Positions 35,361-47,745 of a stretch of DNA of 64,000 nucleotides are shown piece after piece. Position numbers and translations under genes: made by a program. Within the stretch, counting starts at the first letter, position 1, and every line of letters begins with the position of its first letter. Under the pieces are notes generated by a model that ran no database searches, was not told where the DNA came from, and was given only the letters and a program-made list of their open reading frames with translations. Source of the stretch: Octopus sinensis (taxonomy: Eukaryota); assembly GCF_006345805.1 (NCBI RefSeq), contig NC_043017.1:24428001-24492000 (forward strand), read 5' to 3'.

Positions 35361-38300
35361 ATCTGAGCACAGTGCTGCCTTTATTACAACAATAAACAAA
35401 TTTTCTTTTATTATCATATAATAGCTAAAAAGTATTTTTTAGATATTGTCAGGCAAGGTAAAAGAAAGTAAACAATATTATCAATATGAAAACACAGATT
35501 AAGAGGTACCACAAACACTAATAGCAACAACAATAAATACTGATATTATTACATACACTGAAGAACAACAACACAGATATGCTACCAACAAAATGGGTGA
35601 CAACAAAAATATTCCAACCATGTCAGCTTTCAACAATAAAAAAATCACTGAAGTAAACTCTTGGCTTGTTACATGGTTCATAATCAAAGCCTGGATTTTA
35701 AGGTTATCAGGTGTTTTCATTCTTTTCATACCAACCTCTCCCTTGTTCTATAATACAACCTCTCCATTTTAAAGTGATCTAACAACCTGTAAAAATTTCA
35801 TGTTAATTTTTGCTCCAAACTCCAACTTAATAACGAACGACAAAGTGATTTTACTAAATTCCTCGTTACTTTCAATATTAACTGAAACAAAGGCAGCATA
35901 TTTGCAAAAATAATGTAACAAAAGGGTTAAGATGAAAATTACAAAACAGATCATTCCATGAAAAAAGAGAGGCTTTAAACATGCAGAAGTCACATAAGTA
36001 AATATTAATTTCAAACAGGAATATAATTATTTAGATTCCATTCTTTTTAAATAAAAAAAAAACTCATTATTATAGAAGTGAGAATGCTAAATAATTTCAG
36101 TGTATTATACCAAGAGCACCAATTAAAAGCTTTTACCTTTTAGCATTCAGATTATTTTGTCAAAGGTAATGCTTATTTATTCACATTGTTTTGAATTAAT
36201 CATGCATTATCTTGGAGCTTTGAGACTTCAAAGATGTGATCATTTATTTTTAGAATGATATTGTAGGGTATGTATGAGAGGCCATAGCTGGCTGGTTTGA
36301 TCATAAAATGGCTAGAATATTTGGGCCTGATATGGCCAGTTTAAATGCTAATGAATTAACTGTAGAAGGATTTTTTTTTTTGTTTTGTTAAATCAAAAGA
36401 TCATCTCAAATTCAAATTCCAACATTTTGACAGTAATCTGAATGCTAAAGGATTAAGAAGGAAACTCTAAAATCTAATTTACTTAAAATTCATATATCTC
36501 ATCTCACTGCAAAATTTAGAGATTTGCAATGTGGTTTCATTTTTGAGAACACTACTTAAAAGCATCTTAATAGCTTGACTGTGTGTTTCAAAAGTAATGC
36601 AAGAGCATACATAAAAAAAAACAGAAGTCTCCTGAATGGTTGTGAAACTCTTCTGTAATACCTAGGTCAAACTCTTTCAAGAAATACAATTATACAATTG
36701 TTTCTGTAACCAACAAAAGCTGCTGCTCCTATCTACATTATTGCTTGGACTGCCAAATCTCCCAACTGTAAGCCATCTTTAAATGAGAGTTGACACTTCA
36801 GTTCAACATATTCACAATAAAAATAGGATGTACCTAGCCTGAGCACCATTTTACAATGCTTAAAGTAGATACCACATAATACGCAAAGTGATAAGTATCT
36901 AAATTACTCATTGTTAGAAAGAAAAAAAAAAGATCTTATCCACATTAACTGTCACCAGAAAGTGGTGGCCAGTAAGTAATTTTAATATGTCAATGTGATA
37001 CGAATCTAGAATGCAGTGGAAAAAAAAGCAGCAGTCATTTTCTTTTATCATCACACAAACGAGGAGAGATTACAAGGACAAACCAGAAAATGTGTGAAAG
37101 TTTAGGCAAAAATCAGATGAGAAGAAAAATATTATGCCATACACTGTGCTGTATTTGATGGTATATAAGATGCACCTTTTTCCCAAAAAGGCCTCAGAAT
37201 ATCATCACAGACCTTATATGCAAAATCGCACACTCGTTTACAGCTGAGTGAAAACAGAGCCACATGAAATCTTTCGCTCAAAATCACAATGTACCACCCA
37301 GTCTGGGAATCCAAACCATGGTCTTGCAATTAAGAATGCTACACCCTAACCACTAGACCTAGTAATGTGTCTGGCAACCAGACAGCACTGAATTCACAAT
37401 ATTCTGCCTAAACAGGTCACAAGTCCATCACAGGCCTAATCATTTGCAGCCGAGGAGACGAGAGCAACGATGAAACATTTTGCTCAAAATCACAATACAT
37501 AACCTGGTCTGAGAATCGAAACCACGATCATGCAGTCATGAATGCAACACTCCAAAACAACTAGGCCACGCTCCTGGTAACCAGGTGAAAATCACCTCTC
37601 ACAAGCCTCTTTCTACTGGCAAGTAAAGATAAAATGTGCATACTTACTATGTCATATAAATAACAAATAAATAGAAAATACAACCCTGCTTTCTATAAAT
37701 TACATAAATTAAATACTCAGCAAAATACTTCATGTTCACTCCTCTTACTTTAAATCTTTATAACAGGTTTTTCCACTGAGTCCCATGCTCACTTGTTAAT
37801 TAACTGTCTATACTCTTATTATACACAATACGATTTCATCTTTAGTTCTATGTGTTAAAATCTGTCATTTTTAATTTGAGTTAAAAGACATTCTTTGGTT
37901 TCCCTGTGATAAAAGTAGATGTGCAGTGAATGCATAAATATAATTATTAATTACTAGATTACTTTATGCTACTAACCTTTTGTGCATGTATTAATAATTG
38001 TACACATTTGATTTTTTTTTCTTTCTTTTTAGTATATGTTGGTTGGAAAACATGTAAGAGTTAATTTATCTTGCAGATTAAATCATAGCCCAATTCACTT
38101 AGTATTACCAGAACATTTAATACTAAGTCTTAAAACAGGGTAAGTGTGGCAATATTGTTAGAGTGTCAGACAAAAAGAAAGAAAACGTTATTTAGCTGCT
38201 CTACATTCTGAGTTCAAACCCCACAGAGGTTAAACCTCGCTTTTCATCTGTCTAATAAAAGTGCTACTCAAGTACTGGAGTTGGTTGGACCTCACTGTAC

Positions 38301-38524
38301 TGATAATTTAACTTGGTTCCCAAGTTTCAAGTGCACAAGCACAGAACTGAATATACTTGGTTCTCGTGTCTCAAGTGCACATACATGGAACTAAGTATAC
38401 TTGGTTCCCATGCAGTAAGGGTTAATTTTCCTATGAAGCATCCTAAGGGTGAATGAAATAGGAAAATAGATTTTATAAATATTAATTGCTGATAGGGATA
38501 CTGCATTTCATTTTGCAACCATAA

Positions 38525-38866
38525 AAACATCAATGGAAATTGTAGCTGTGATACCAGTGTCGGTGGCACATAAGAGAACCATCCGAATGTGGCCGTTGCC
38601 AGCGCCACCACAACTGGCTTCTGTGCCGGTGGCACGTAAAAAGCACCATCCAATCGTGGCCGTTTGCCAGCCTCGTCTGGCACCTGTGCCAGTGGCACGT
38701 AAAAAGCACCCACTACACTCATGGAGTGGTTGGTGTTAGGAAGGGCATCAGCCGTAGAAACATTGCCAGATCAGACTGGGCCTGGTGCAGCCTTCTGGCT
38801 TCCCAGACCCCAGTTGCACCGTCCAACCCATGCCAGCATGGAAAGCAGACGCTAAACGATGATGAA
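38525..38866 (+). mobile_element. SINE-like family C with two modules
   Basis: Same body and tail as 5840-6362. Confidence 0.8.
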
Positions 38867-39555
38867 TATACTACCAAGTACTGTGCCCTACTTTTGTGTT
38901 AGTGTGGAGCAATCACTTGTAAGTTACCTCAACAGGTTTTCTATAGAATTTAGAGCCAACACTGCAAGTTACATCATTTCAATACAAATACATCTACGTA
39001 GAAAAATGTGATTGAACATAGAAAATATAGATAATGGTTGTGTATGTATATTTTAGGAATTATTGCTCCTTCCTCAGCACCACATTACCATAATTTTCCA
39101 TCTTTGATTGCATTGTTTACACAGACATATTTGTATATGAAATGATGTAACTTTCGGTACTGGATCGAAATTCCATAGATAACCTATAGAGATAGCTTAA
39201 GAGATTTAACAGAAGACAGATTTAAATGTCATTGTCTCTAGAATATGACGAAATGCCTGGAGTCGATATGAATTTTTATGCTGATGCATATTTCTATTCC
39301 AGGTTGGTTTCTGTGTAACTTTACTAACACAAGGTTTCGGTCTGAAGTGACTTTGTGTAGCTCCAGTGTCACTGTATTACAAAAACACTAGATGGTGTTA
39401 CAGTAAAAACATGTAACAAGAAAAAAGGCTATTTTTAATGCTACATGTGGTCCACACTACTACATGGTGCAGAGAAACATGGGCATTTGATAAATGCTCT
39501 GATAAAGCTTTTGAAATGTGGCTGCATAGAAGAATGTTAAGCTCCCACGTATTAA

Positions 39556-39776
39556 CCCTTTAGTGTTCGCATTATTCTGCCAAAATTAATCCTTTTTTAT
39601 CCACATTGTTTCGAACTAATCATGCATTATCTTGTAGCTATGAGATTTTGATGAGGTAGCTGTTAATTTTTAAGATGATATTGTAGGGTTGGTGTGAGAG
39701 ACCAGATCTGGCCAGTTTGAACATAAAACAGATAGAATACTTTTGGCCGGATATGGCCGGTTTAAATGCTAAAGGG
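39556..39776. mobile_element. piggyBac-type MITE, best-preserved copy
   Basis: TTAA|CCCTTTAG ... CTAAAGGG|TTAA. Degenerate copies near 10918, 36136, 44375 and 50715. Confidence 0.88.
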
Positions 39777-39799
39777 TTAAAGATGGAAGCGAAAGCACT

Positions 39800-40190
39800 T
39801 TGTTAATGTATTAAGAATAAAGATTATTACTACAAGGTAAGATAAATGGCAAACACTCAAGAGGAAGACCTAGAAAGAACTGGTTTGATAAACGTCAAGG
39901 ACTGGACTAAATTACTGTAACCTGGTGAAGGACATTGATGAAAACGCTGACAAACTAGAAGTTTTTGAAATGTTGACATAGAAAAGAATGTCAAACGAGC
40001 GAGAAGAAACAGATCATTACTTTCAATTATTAAAAGAAAAGAAAGCTAAAGTACTTTGAGAAGTAAAAACCATTACTAAAGGGAAAGACAGATGGCAAAC
40101 GCTCAAAAGGAAGATCTAAAACAAACTGGTTTGATAACATCAAGGACTGGACAAACCTATCATATGGTGAATGTGTAAGAATGGGGATCC
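39800..40190 (+). mobile_element. Two adjacent degenerate RTE LINE C-terminal fragments
   Basis: LLQGKINGKHSRGRPRKNWFD and KLEVFEM...RKLKYF...GKTDGKRSKGRSKTNWFDNIKDWT. Confidence 0.7.
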
Positions 40191-41213
40191 TTGGTATTGA
40201 ACCTGCCATGGGTAGATGACACCTAATGATGAGGATGTTGTTCTTGGATTTTTCCAACTGAGGCAAACTGATAATTTGGATGAGTGGATTTGGAGAGGGT
40301 TAGTCATTCCTGGATTAAACATAGCTTAGAACCTTAATTTAATTTTAAACTGGTTTCATTAATAAAACATAATCTGTACAGGAATAAGATTAGTGTATTG
40401 ATGCTGATACACTGAATGTTGATTCTGATAATTGACACTCAAAATATTTCTCACCCCTTCCTCCCCTATAATAGTAACTTCTTTTAAAAAAGAAAAAAAA
40501 ATTTATCATGAAGAATTTTGAGAGTCTCTTAAAATATACAGAAAGAAAAGAATATTTTATGAAATGGATGCAAAAATGCATTGTGAGGAAATATTTTAAG
40601 AACTTTCAAGAGAAATTCATGCAACAGATATATAAGATACACATATATACATAAAACAAATTTACTTTCTCTCATTCTAGATAGAGAAACAATGATATGC
40701 GACAATAGAATGAAGGAATACAAGAATAGGGATCTTGTTAGATGTTTTCATATCATCCTAAAATTTCTGCTGATATATAAAGAAAGTCATCATCATCATC
40801 ATTTAACGTCCGCTTTCCATGCTAGCATGGGTTATATATATATATATATATATATATATTCTTTGTTTTACTAGTTTCATCAACTCAAGTTCTTGTTCCA
40901 GTCTGGTACTCATTTCATTATTCTCTATTTGTCAAACTGTTAAATCACATAAGGACATAAAGTGACCCAATATAAAGAAGTTTTTTTGTTTTGTTTTTCA
41001 GACCCATGTAAACATAAACACAAGCAAGGATACACACACGTGCACACAACAGGTTTCTGCACAATTTCCAGATACAAAATTTCAACCACAAGGTATTGGT
41101 CAATCTGAAACCATAGCAGAAGACACTTGCCTAAAGTACTACACTGTAGGATTGAAACCAGAATAGGTTCACAAACAGAACTTCTTCCTACTCAGCATTC
41201 CTGTGTTTATGTA

Positions 41214-41250
<37 letters not shown>

Positions 41251-41599
41251 TCATTCATATGTGTAAAGCTATATTTAACATGTTCAAGTAGATTCAGACA
41301 TAATAAGACCTTCCACTGCAGAAATAGTCCTGGGAGAAAATTCTCCTCCTCCTCCTGCGTGAAAACTCATTAGGGGCAGTGAATGGTGTCACTACATTGT
41401 AGGATTTCATGCATCTCTGAGTCCCTTTGCTCTATCACCAAACTAATGATCCAATGACATCGTCCACAGCCCAAAAATGTACTTCCACACATGTTGAGAA
41501 GAATTTTCTCCTGTGACCATTTCCAAAGCAGATGGTCTTTTCATAACCAAAGGGACTGGGACATTTTAAATATGATTACACAAATATAATTTATTCAAC

Positions 41600-41810
41600 C
41601 CCACTTCATACAACAATTTATATAAATAACATGGAGTAGACGAAACGGAGGCAGCTGAAGAAGGGGAATTTTCCTTGTGTTGTATGTCTTGTACCCTGTT
41701 TTTCCATTGTTTAAAAAAATGTCTGTTTCCATGGTTCTGTTTTTGTGTTTTCGTTTCTCATTGTGTTCGACATTTTTTTGGTGTCCTGTACCTATATATG
41801 CATGTATATA
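41600..41810 (+). mobile_element. Penelope-like terminal fragment
   Basis: GACGAAACG..CTGAAGAAGG motif and GTCCTGTAC end shared with the 9060-9690 element; next to (AT)n. Confidence 0.4.
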
Positions 41811-43330
41811 TACATATAGATGTAGGTACGTACATATATGTATGTATATATGCATGTTTTATTTATTATTTTGTTATATATATATATATATATATATAAT
41901 CATCATCAGTTAGTGTCCGCTTTCCATGCTAGCATGAGTTGGACGATTTAACTGCGAACTGGTGAACCAGATGGCAGCACCAGGCTCCAATATATAACAC
42001 ACACACACACACACACACAAATATACAAGATTATATATAAATTAAAAAAAGAATTGTTATTTATATTATAAAAACTGTGAAATGGAATAAAGTTAGAGAC
42101 TGAAATACATTTTAAAATGTTGCAATTCCCAATGAAACATGCTTATCTTTTGGCTATGTAAATTGACGACAACATGCAGTGGCCACAGACATATAAGTCA
42201 CAACAAAAGCAATATAACAAATACCTAGATACACCAAAAATATATATACATATAACTAATTACTGACCAATAGACCAGAGAAATACCAAGCAGACAGGCA
42301 GACTACTAAAACGAAGTTTATTTACCCTATCTTTGTCATCGGAATCTCCATCAGAAAGTCTTTCAGACTTTCCTTGTGCAAATTGCTGTTAGAAGGAAAA
42401 GTTTTCAGGTTAAAATCAAGATGCCAAAGCACTGGTTAAAAAAAAAAACATCAACAAAACACAAAAAAGATCATGTATTTTTTTTTCCATCAAATAATGA
42501 CAAACATGTGAAACAAAAAAAAAAACAACAAAAAGGAACATCTTCAAAAGTACAGCAGAACTCAATAATATACGCATCCATACAATTTCCATTATTTTAT
42601 TTATTTTATTTATTTTTATTTTATTTTATCTAGTTTCAGCTCATGAGCTGTGGCCATGCTGGGGCACCGCCATTTGGTGTTGCTACATGATTTTACTTCA
42701 CGAATGCTTTTTTAGCAATTGCCATTTGGTGCATGAGTGAGTTCGATTATGAGTAAATATTATGAGTAAATATTGAAAATCAAATGAGTAGTGTTTTTTT
42801 TATTTGCGTATTTCTATGTAACAACGTGGAGAAGAGTTTCATTATATTTTACAGTGGTATAATGTAGCTAGAATACCTGATAGAACAAAACAACAGAATT
42901 AGTAAGAAAAAGCATTAGATTCAACGCCTGGAGATATAGAAATTTCATTAGTATAAAAAAGAAAAAAAAGTATTTTTAAAAAATGCTGCTAATTGAGTAA
43001 TTTAATATCTGGAAATGATGTTGACGGAGATGATCATTTGTTTGTTTGCATAAATATGAAAGTCTGGGGTGAGATGAGGCGAGGGAGACGACAATAACAA
43101 CAAAGGCAAGAAGGTTGGAAAGTTACAATGTTTGTTTGTTTGTTCTCTGATCCAATCCCATTAACAATTTCAAACAGTTCTAATCAAAACTAAGTGGTCA
43201 GTCAGTCTGTTGCACCCCAGGTGGCTACAAAAACAACAAAATTAGGAGCAAATGTAGATCTTCTATGTAATACACCAACCAATTTGACTGATAGAAATAG
43301 GAGCCAAATTCTAGGAGCATAATTATATTT

Positions 43331-43947
43331 TATGATAATAAATTAGCATAGATTATCTGATTATATCATAAATAAATTATCATATAATTATCCTTTCTAC
43401 TATAGGTACAAGGCCTGGAATTTGTTGGGAGAGAAATAGTGGATGACACTGATCATATCTTATCGAGCCCAAAAGGATGAAAGGTAGAGTCATCTCTGGC
43501 AGAATTTGAACTCAGAATATAAGGACAGACAAAATGCTGCTAAGCATTTTGTCAGGGATTCTAATTCTGCCAGCTTACTGGCATAACAACAATAACAACA
43601 ATGTTTTCTACTTAGGTACAAGGCCTGAAAATTGGGGGAGGGGGTTAGTCAATTACATTGACTTAATTTATTGACCCCAAAAGGATGAAAGGCAAAGACA
43701 ACCTCGGCGGAATTTGAACTTCGAATGTAGTGGCAGACAAAATACCATGAAGCATTTCGCCCAGTGTGCTAATGATCCACAACAATAATAATAATCCTTT
43801 CTACTGAAGGCACAAAGCCTGAAAGTTGTGGGGAGGGGACATTGACCCCAGTGTGTAAAAGGTACTCATTTCATCGACCCTGAAAGGATGAAAGGCAAAG
43901 TTGACCCTGGTGGACTTTAACCTCAGAACGTAGCAGCAGACGAATGA

Positions 43948-43979
<32 letters not shown>

Positions 43980-45066
43980 ATATAATAATAATAATGACTA
44001 ATATATGTTCAATATATATAAATAAAACAAAAAAATTTTATGTGATGGCTATCACATAAATTTTCTGTTAAACTCTATCTTCTCTGCTAAATAAAGACTT
44101 CTTAATGATATCTGAATTAACAGTATGTTAATTATGAGAAAGTGGTGACTGACTGACTAGAGATTAGATTTGTGATGATCACATTGTCAGTCTTAGTTTT
44201 AATCCCCTTTACTGACTCACTCTCGTTACTAATGCCCATAGAAGAGTATGAATGTCACATATCCGTTTTATACAAAAAGACAAGCAAATACAATTTGCCA
44301 CACTTGTACAGAGCAAGGAAAGTATTTATTTCATTTGCCTGGATACAAGACCAACTTTTGTATTGTTAACGTATAAGGCATTCAGCCCATTAGCACCCAA
44401 AGTGGTCCTATCCAACCCAGACGTTCTACCTGTTTTTATGTTCAAACCAGATCTGGCCTTTCACACCTACCCTACAATGTCTCATTAAAAATAAACAATC
44501 ATTAATGAAACCTTGAAGTTACAACACAACACATGATTAATTAAAAACAATGTGAACAAATATATATTATATTTGATAGAGCAATATGAATGCTGAAGTG
44601 TTAAACTGACCCCAGAAGATTATTCGGATTAATTAATAAGTAAGCTTACTTTGAAAATGCTAAGTCAACTCCAGTAAGATTTGAACATTGATGAATCATA
44701 ATGCAAATACATAATTGAACAACCTATTTACTGCAGTATTCATCCTAAAATAATCTCTCTTACGGATGTGCTTTTTAAAAACATAGTATATTATAGAGGG
44801 AGATAGAAATCATCTCAGCAGTGGCTCAGTATGATAATAAATTAGCATAGATTATCTGATTATATCATAAATAAATTATCATATAATTATATCCTTTCTA
44901 CTATAGGTACAAGGCCTGAAATTTGTTGGGAGAGAAATAGTGGATGACACTGATCATATCTTATCGAGCCCAAAAGGATGAAAGGTAGAGTCATCTCTGG
45001 CAGAATTTGAACTCAGAATATAAGGACAGACAAAATGCTGCTAAGCATTTTGTCAGGGATTCTAAT
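43331..45066. repeat. Dispersed direct duplication of about 235 bp (43331-43565 and 44830-45066)
   Basis: Near-identical unique AT-rich flank plus degenerate SINE B copy, 1.5 kb apart. Confidence 0.9.
43390..43945 (-). repeat. Train of three degenerate SINE B-type copies
   Basis: Same unit structure as 34586-35360, separated by AAC/AAT tracts. Confidence 0.75.
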
Positions 45067-45452
45067 AATTCTGCCACTGCTGGGATTGATTTTGTTTCCT
45101 ACTGTTGAATATTATACTTTTTAAACACAGCATGTTCATAAGAGATGCTATCTCTGGATGACTATCATAGTAAATTTATCTTCCAATGATGCACTTACAT
45201 TAATTATGATACATAGATGGCTATTTTGATTTAATACTGCTGCTATTGCATTCAACAGATACTGTAAAATGACACAAAAAAGCAAATGGGCATATCAAAC
45301 ACCTCCACCTCCAAGTTTCAGGGATAAAAGTTTTTATTGCATCTATGCATGTAATATAGGTGCGACTTTGCATATAGGGCCTAAGATGTTTTTCCAGCTA
45401 TCTTTATTTTTTTAAGAAAAAGAGCAGGTTTTATAAGCCATCAAATACATTG

Positions 45453-45722
45453 ATCCTAGAAGCTAGGATCACCAAGCATAGATTGGCATATTTTGGTCAT
45501 ATTATGCGGAGAAAATCCCCGGAGAAGGACATCATGCTCGGAATGGTCAGTGGCAAGAAAGGAAGAGGCCGACCAAGAACCCGCTGGCTTGACACCATCA
45601 AGAGTGATACCGGAATGGACATAGCCAATCTGAAAGAAGCAGCCCAGGATAGAACTGACTGGAGGACACTGATCCAACGAGTAACCGAGAGTTGACTTCG
45701 ACTGAGCAGATAGATAGATAGA
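45453..45722 (+). mobile_element. RTE/BovB-like LINE 3' end with (GATA)n tail
   Basis: LEARITKHRLAYFGHIMRRKSPEKDIMLGMVSGKKGRGRPRTRWLDTIKSDTG...AQDRTDWRTLIQRVTES. The stop TGA is a probable CpG-decayed CGA. Confidence 0.88.
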
Positions 45723-46265
45723 CTGACTGTTGCACTCAGTACCTAGTGGTTGATGATTCAATATTATCCATGCAGCCACTTTCACTTTCACAGTACATAA
45801 ATGTGGGTAGAGAGAAAGATCCTAGATTAATTGAATGATCAAACTGGGTTCCCCACCACTACCACCAACCTACACTTTCCACTCTTCACCAATTAGGTAA
45901 ATGATAATCATATCCAGCCAAGTATAGGTTATTTTCAGGATGATAGTGAATACATAGCTTCATTGCATTTACTTAAAACACACACACACACACACACATA
46001 AGAGAATATTCTTTTCAATTAACTTTCGTGGCCTATACTTAAGTTACAAAAAAAATATGCAATCATTGGCCAATGTCCTAACAATGGATGCTCACATTTA
46101 GAATTATATCTTTGATTAGTACACTAACAGGAATCAAGGTGAAGCTTGGCTTCAGGGGAATCTTACAAAATTAAAAAAAAAAAATTTCTAAATTGCATAT
46201 GCATGGATATATGTGTGTGTGCATACATCTATGTATATATGCATATATGTGTGTATGTATGTATG

Positions 46266-46297
<32 letters not shown>

Positions 46298-46407
46298 TAT
46301 ACATACACAAGGATACATATATACATGTTAAAAAAAATTGATCTATATTTGTAACCTAAAAAATTTCTATTAATAAATCAATTGTAAATTACCTAGTGAA
46401 GTATAAA

Positions 46408-46438
<31 letters not shown>

Positions 46439-47229
46439 TTAAAGAAAATAAACTAAAGGAAGAAATGAAAATTTGTTAGAAATATATTCCTTGAAAGAAG
46501 AACCAGAATCCAATTTAGGTTAGTATCTGCTTTTATACAACAGAGAATATTGTGAACAACTGTTTTCTTCTAAAAGCATGAAGTAATACAGCAAATGGAA
46601 TTGAGTGTTTTGTCCTGAAACACATACAAGAACTAGGAGCTACTCAGTCACTGCATGTCTCATAAATAAAAATAAAATCCTCAGATTTATAGAGTGAACA
46701 GATCAACAAAGTACTGTACTTGTATGTTCACAGCTGGTGGGTTAGTGTAGTCAGTGCATGCAAGGCATCGGAACTCACAGAACCATTCAATCCATGCTAA
46801 TACGAGGGAGAGAAGTCAAATAAATGCTTGAGGCTGACTAAAATTAAGAAAAAATAATTAGTTTAGAGCTTAGAATAAACAAGAAAACTCATCTGAGAGA
46901 AGACGAAAGATTGAATTAATTCGTGCAAAGAGGGGGAAAAGAAGCTGGATAATGATTTCTAACACGCATGAAAATATATCTGTGAGAGTTACAACTGAAC
47001 AATCAAAACCTTGACTCAACAGAAGCTTACTCGTCTCTTCAACTTACTTCTAAATATATATTTTGGGTATGTGGGTATTTTGAAAATACCTCACAAAGTG
47101 ACAACCATGCCCTGCGTAGTTACGGACTGCCCTTTGGCAAGGCATTGGTTCAGCCACCCTGCCATGGATGTGGTGAAGTCATGGGACTGCAGCATGGTGG
47201 ATTGTGAAGAGGTAGCAAAAGAGCTCAAC

Positions 47230-47745
47230 TGAGCCAACAGCGCTTCCTATATTGATGTTGAGTGGAGGAATCCTTAGAAGATCGACAATCAGGACCACCA
47301 AGCTCTATCAAGAGAGTAACTGCAACGCATCCATGGTTGTGCAACCAGCAGCTGAAAGACTCACTATGACTCATGTTCCCAATTCAAATTCATAATAATG
47401 GAATTGCAAGGGGATAGAGAGTCATGAGAATCCGCAAAAGTAGCGAAAAAATATATAGTGTCCTTATGCAAGTCCTATCTTCATTCTGTAAAGCCCCGAC
47501 TGAAATTGGAGTAATTGGTGCGGGTAAGAAGAGGGACATAAATTCCATTACCAAAGCCAAGGGAAGGTTACCAGATGGCTCCAGATAGAGAGAGCAAGCT
47601 GGTGGTTTGCAACTATTGAGATGCAAGCTGGGACTGGTTCGACATTGGCCAAGTCAACTGAGTTAAGGAGGGGTTTGATGTTGAAAAACTTGAAAACCTC
47701 CAAGACCCCAGAAAATCACTGATGATGCATCTCAGATCATCTGTG
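47230..47745 (+). mobile_element. Degenerate Hero-like (R2 superfamily) non-LTR retrotransposon 3' end
   Basis: IGVIGAGKKRDINSITKA and KVTRWLQIERASWW (frameshifted) recall the Hero terminal motif; 3' UTR GATGTTGAAA..ACCCCAG..ATCACTGATGATG. Based on recalled consensus. Confidence 0.5.

Noticed and set aside
41630-41680. GAAAC ... CTGAAGA as a permuted hammerhead
   Set aside because: Stems cannot be closed; at best remnants of decayed motifs.
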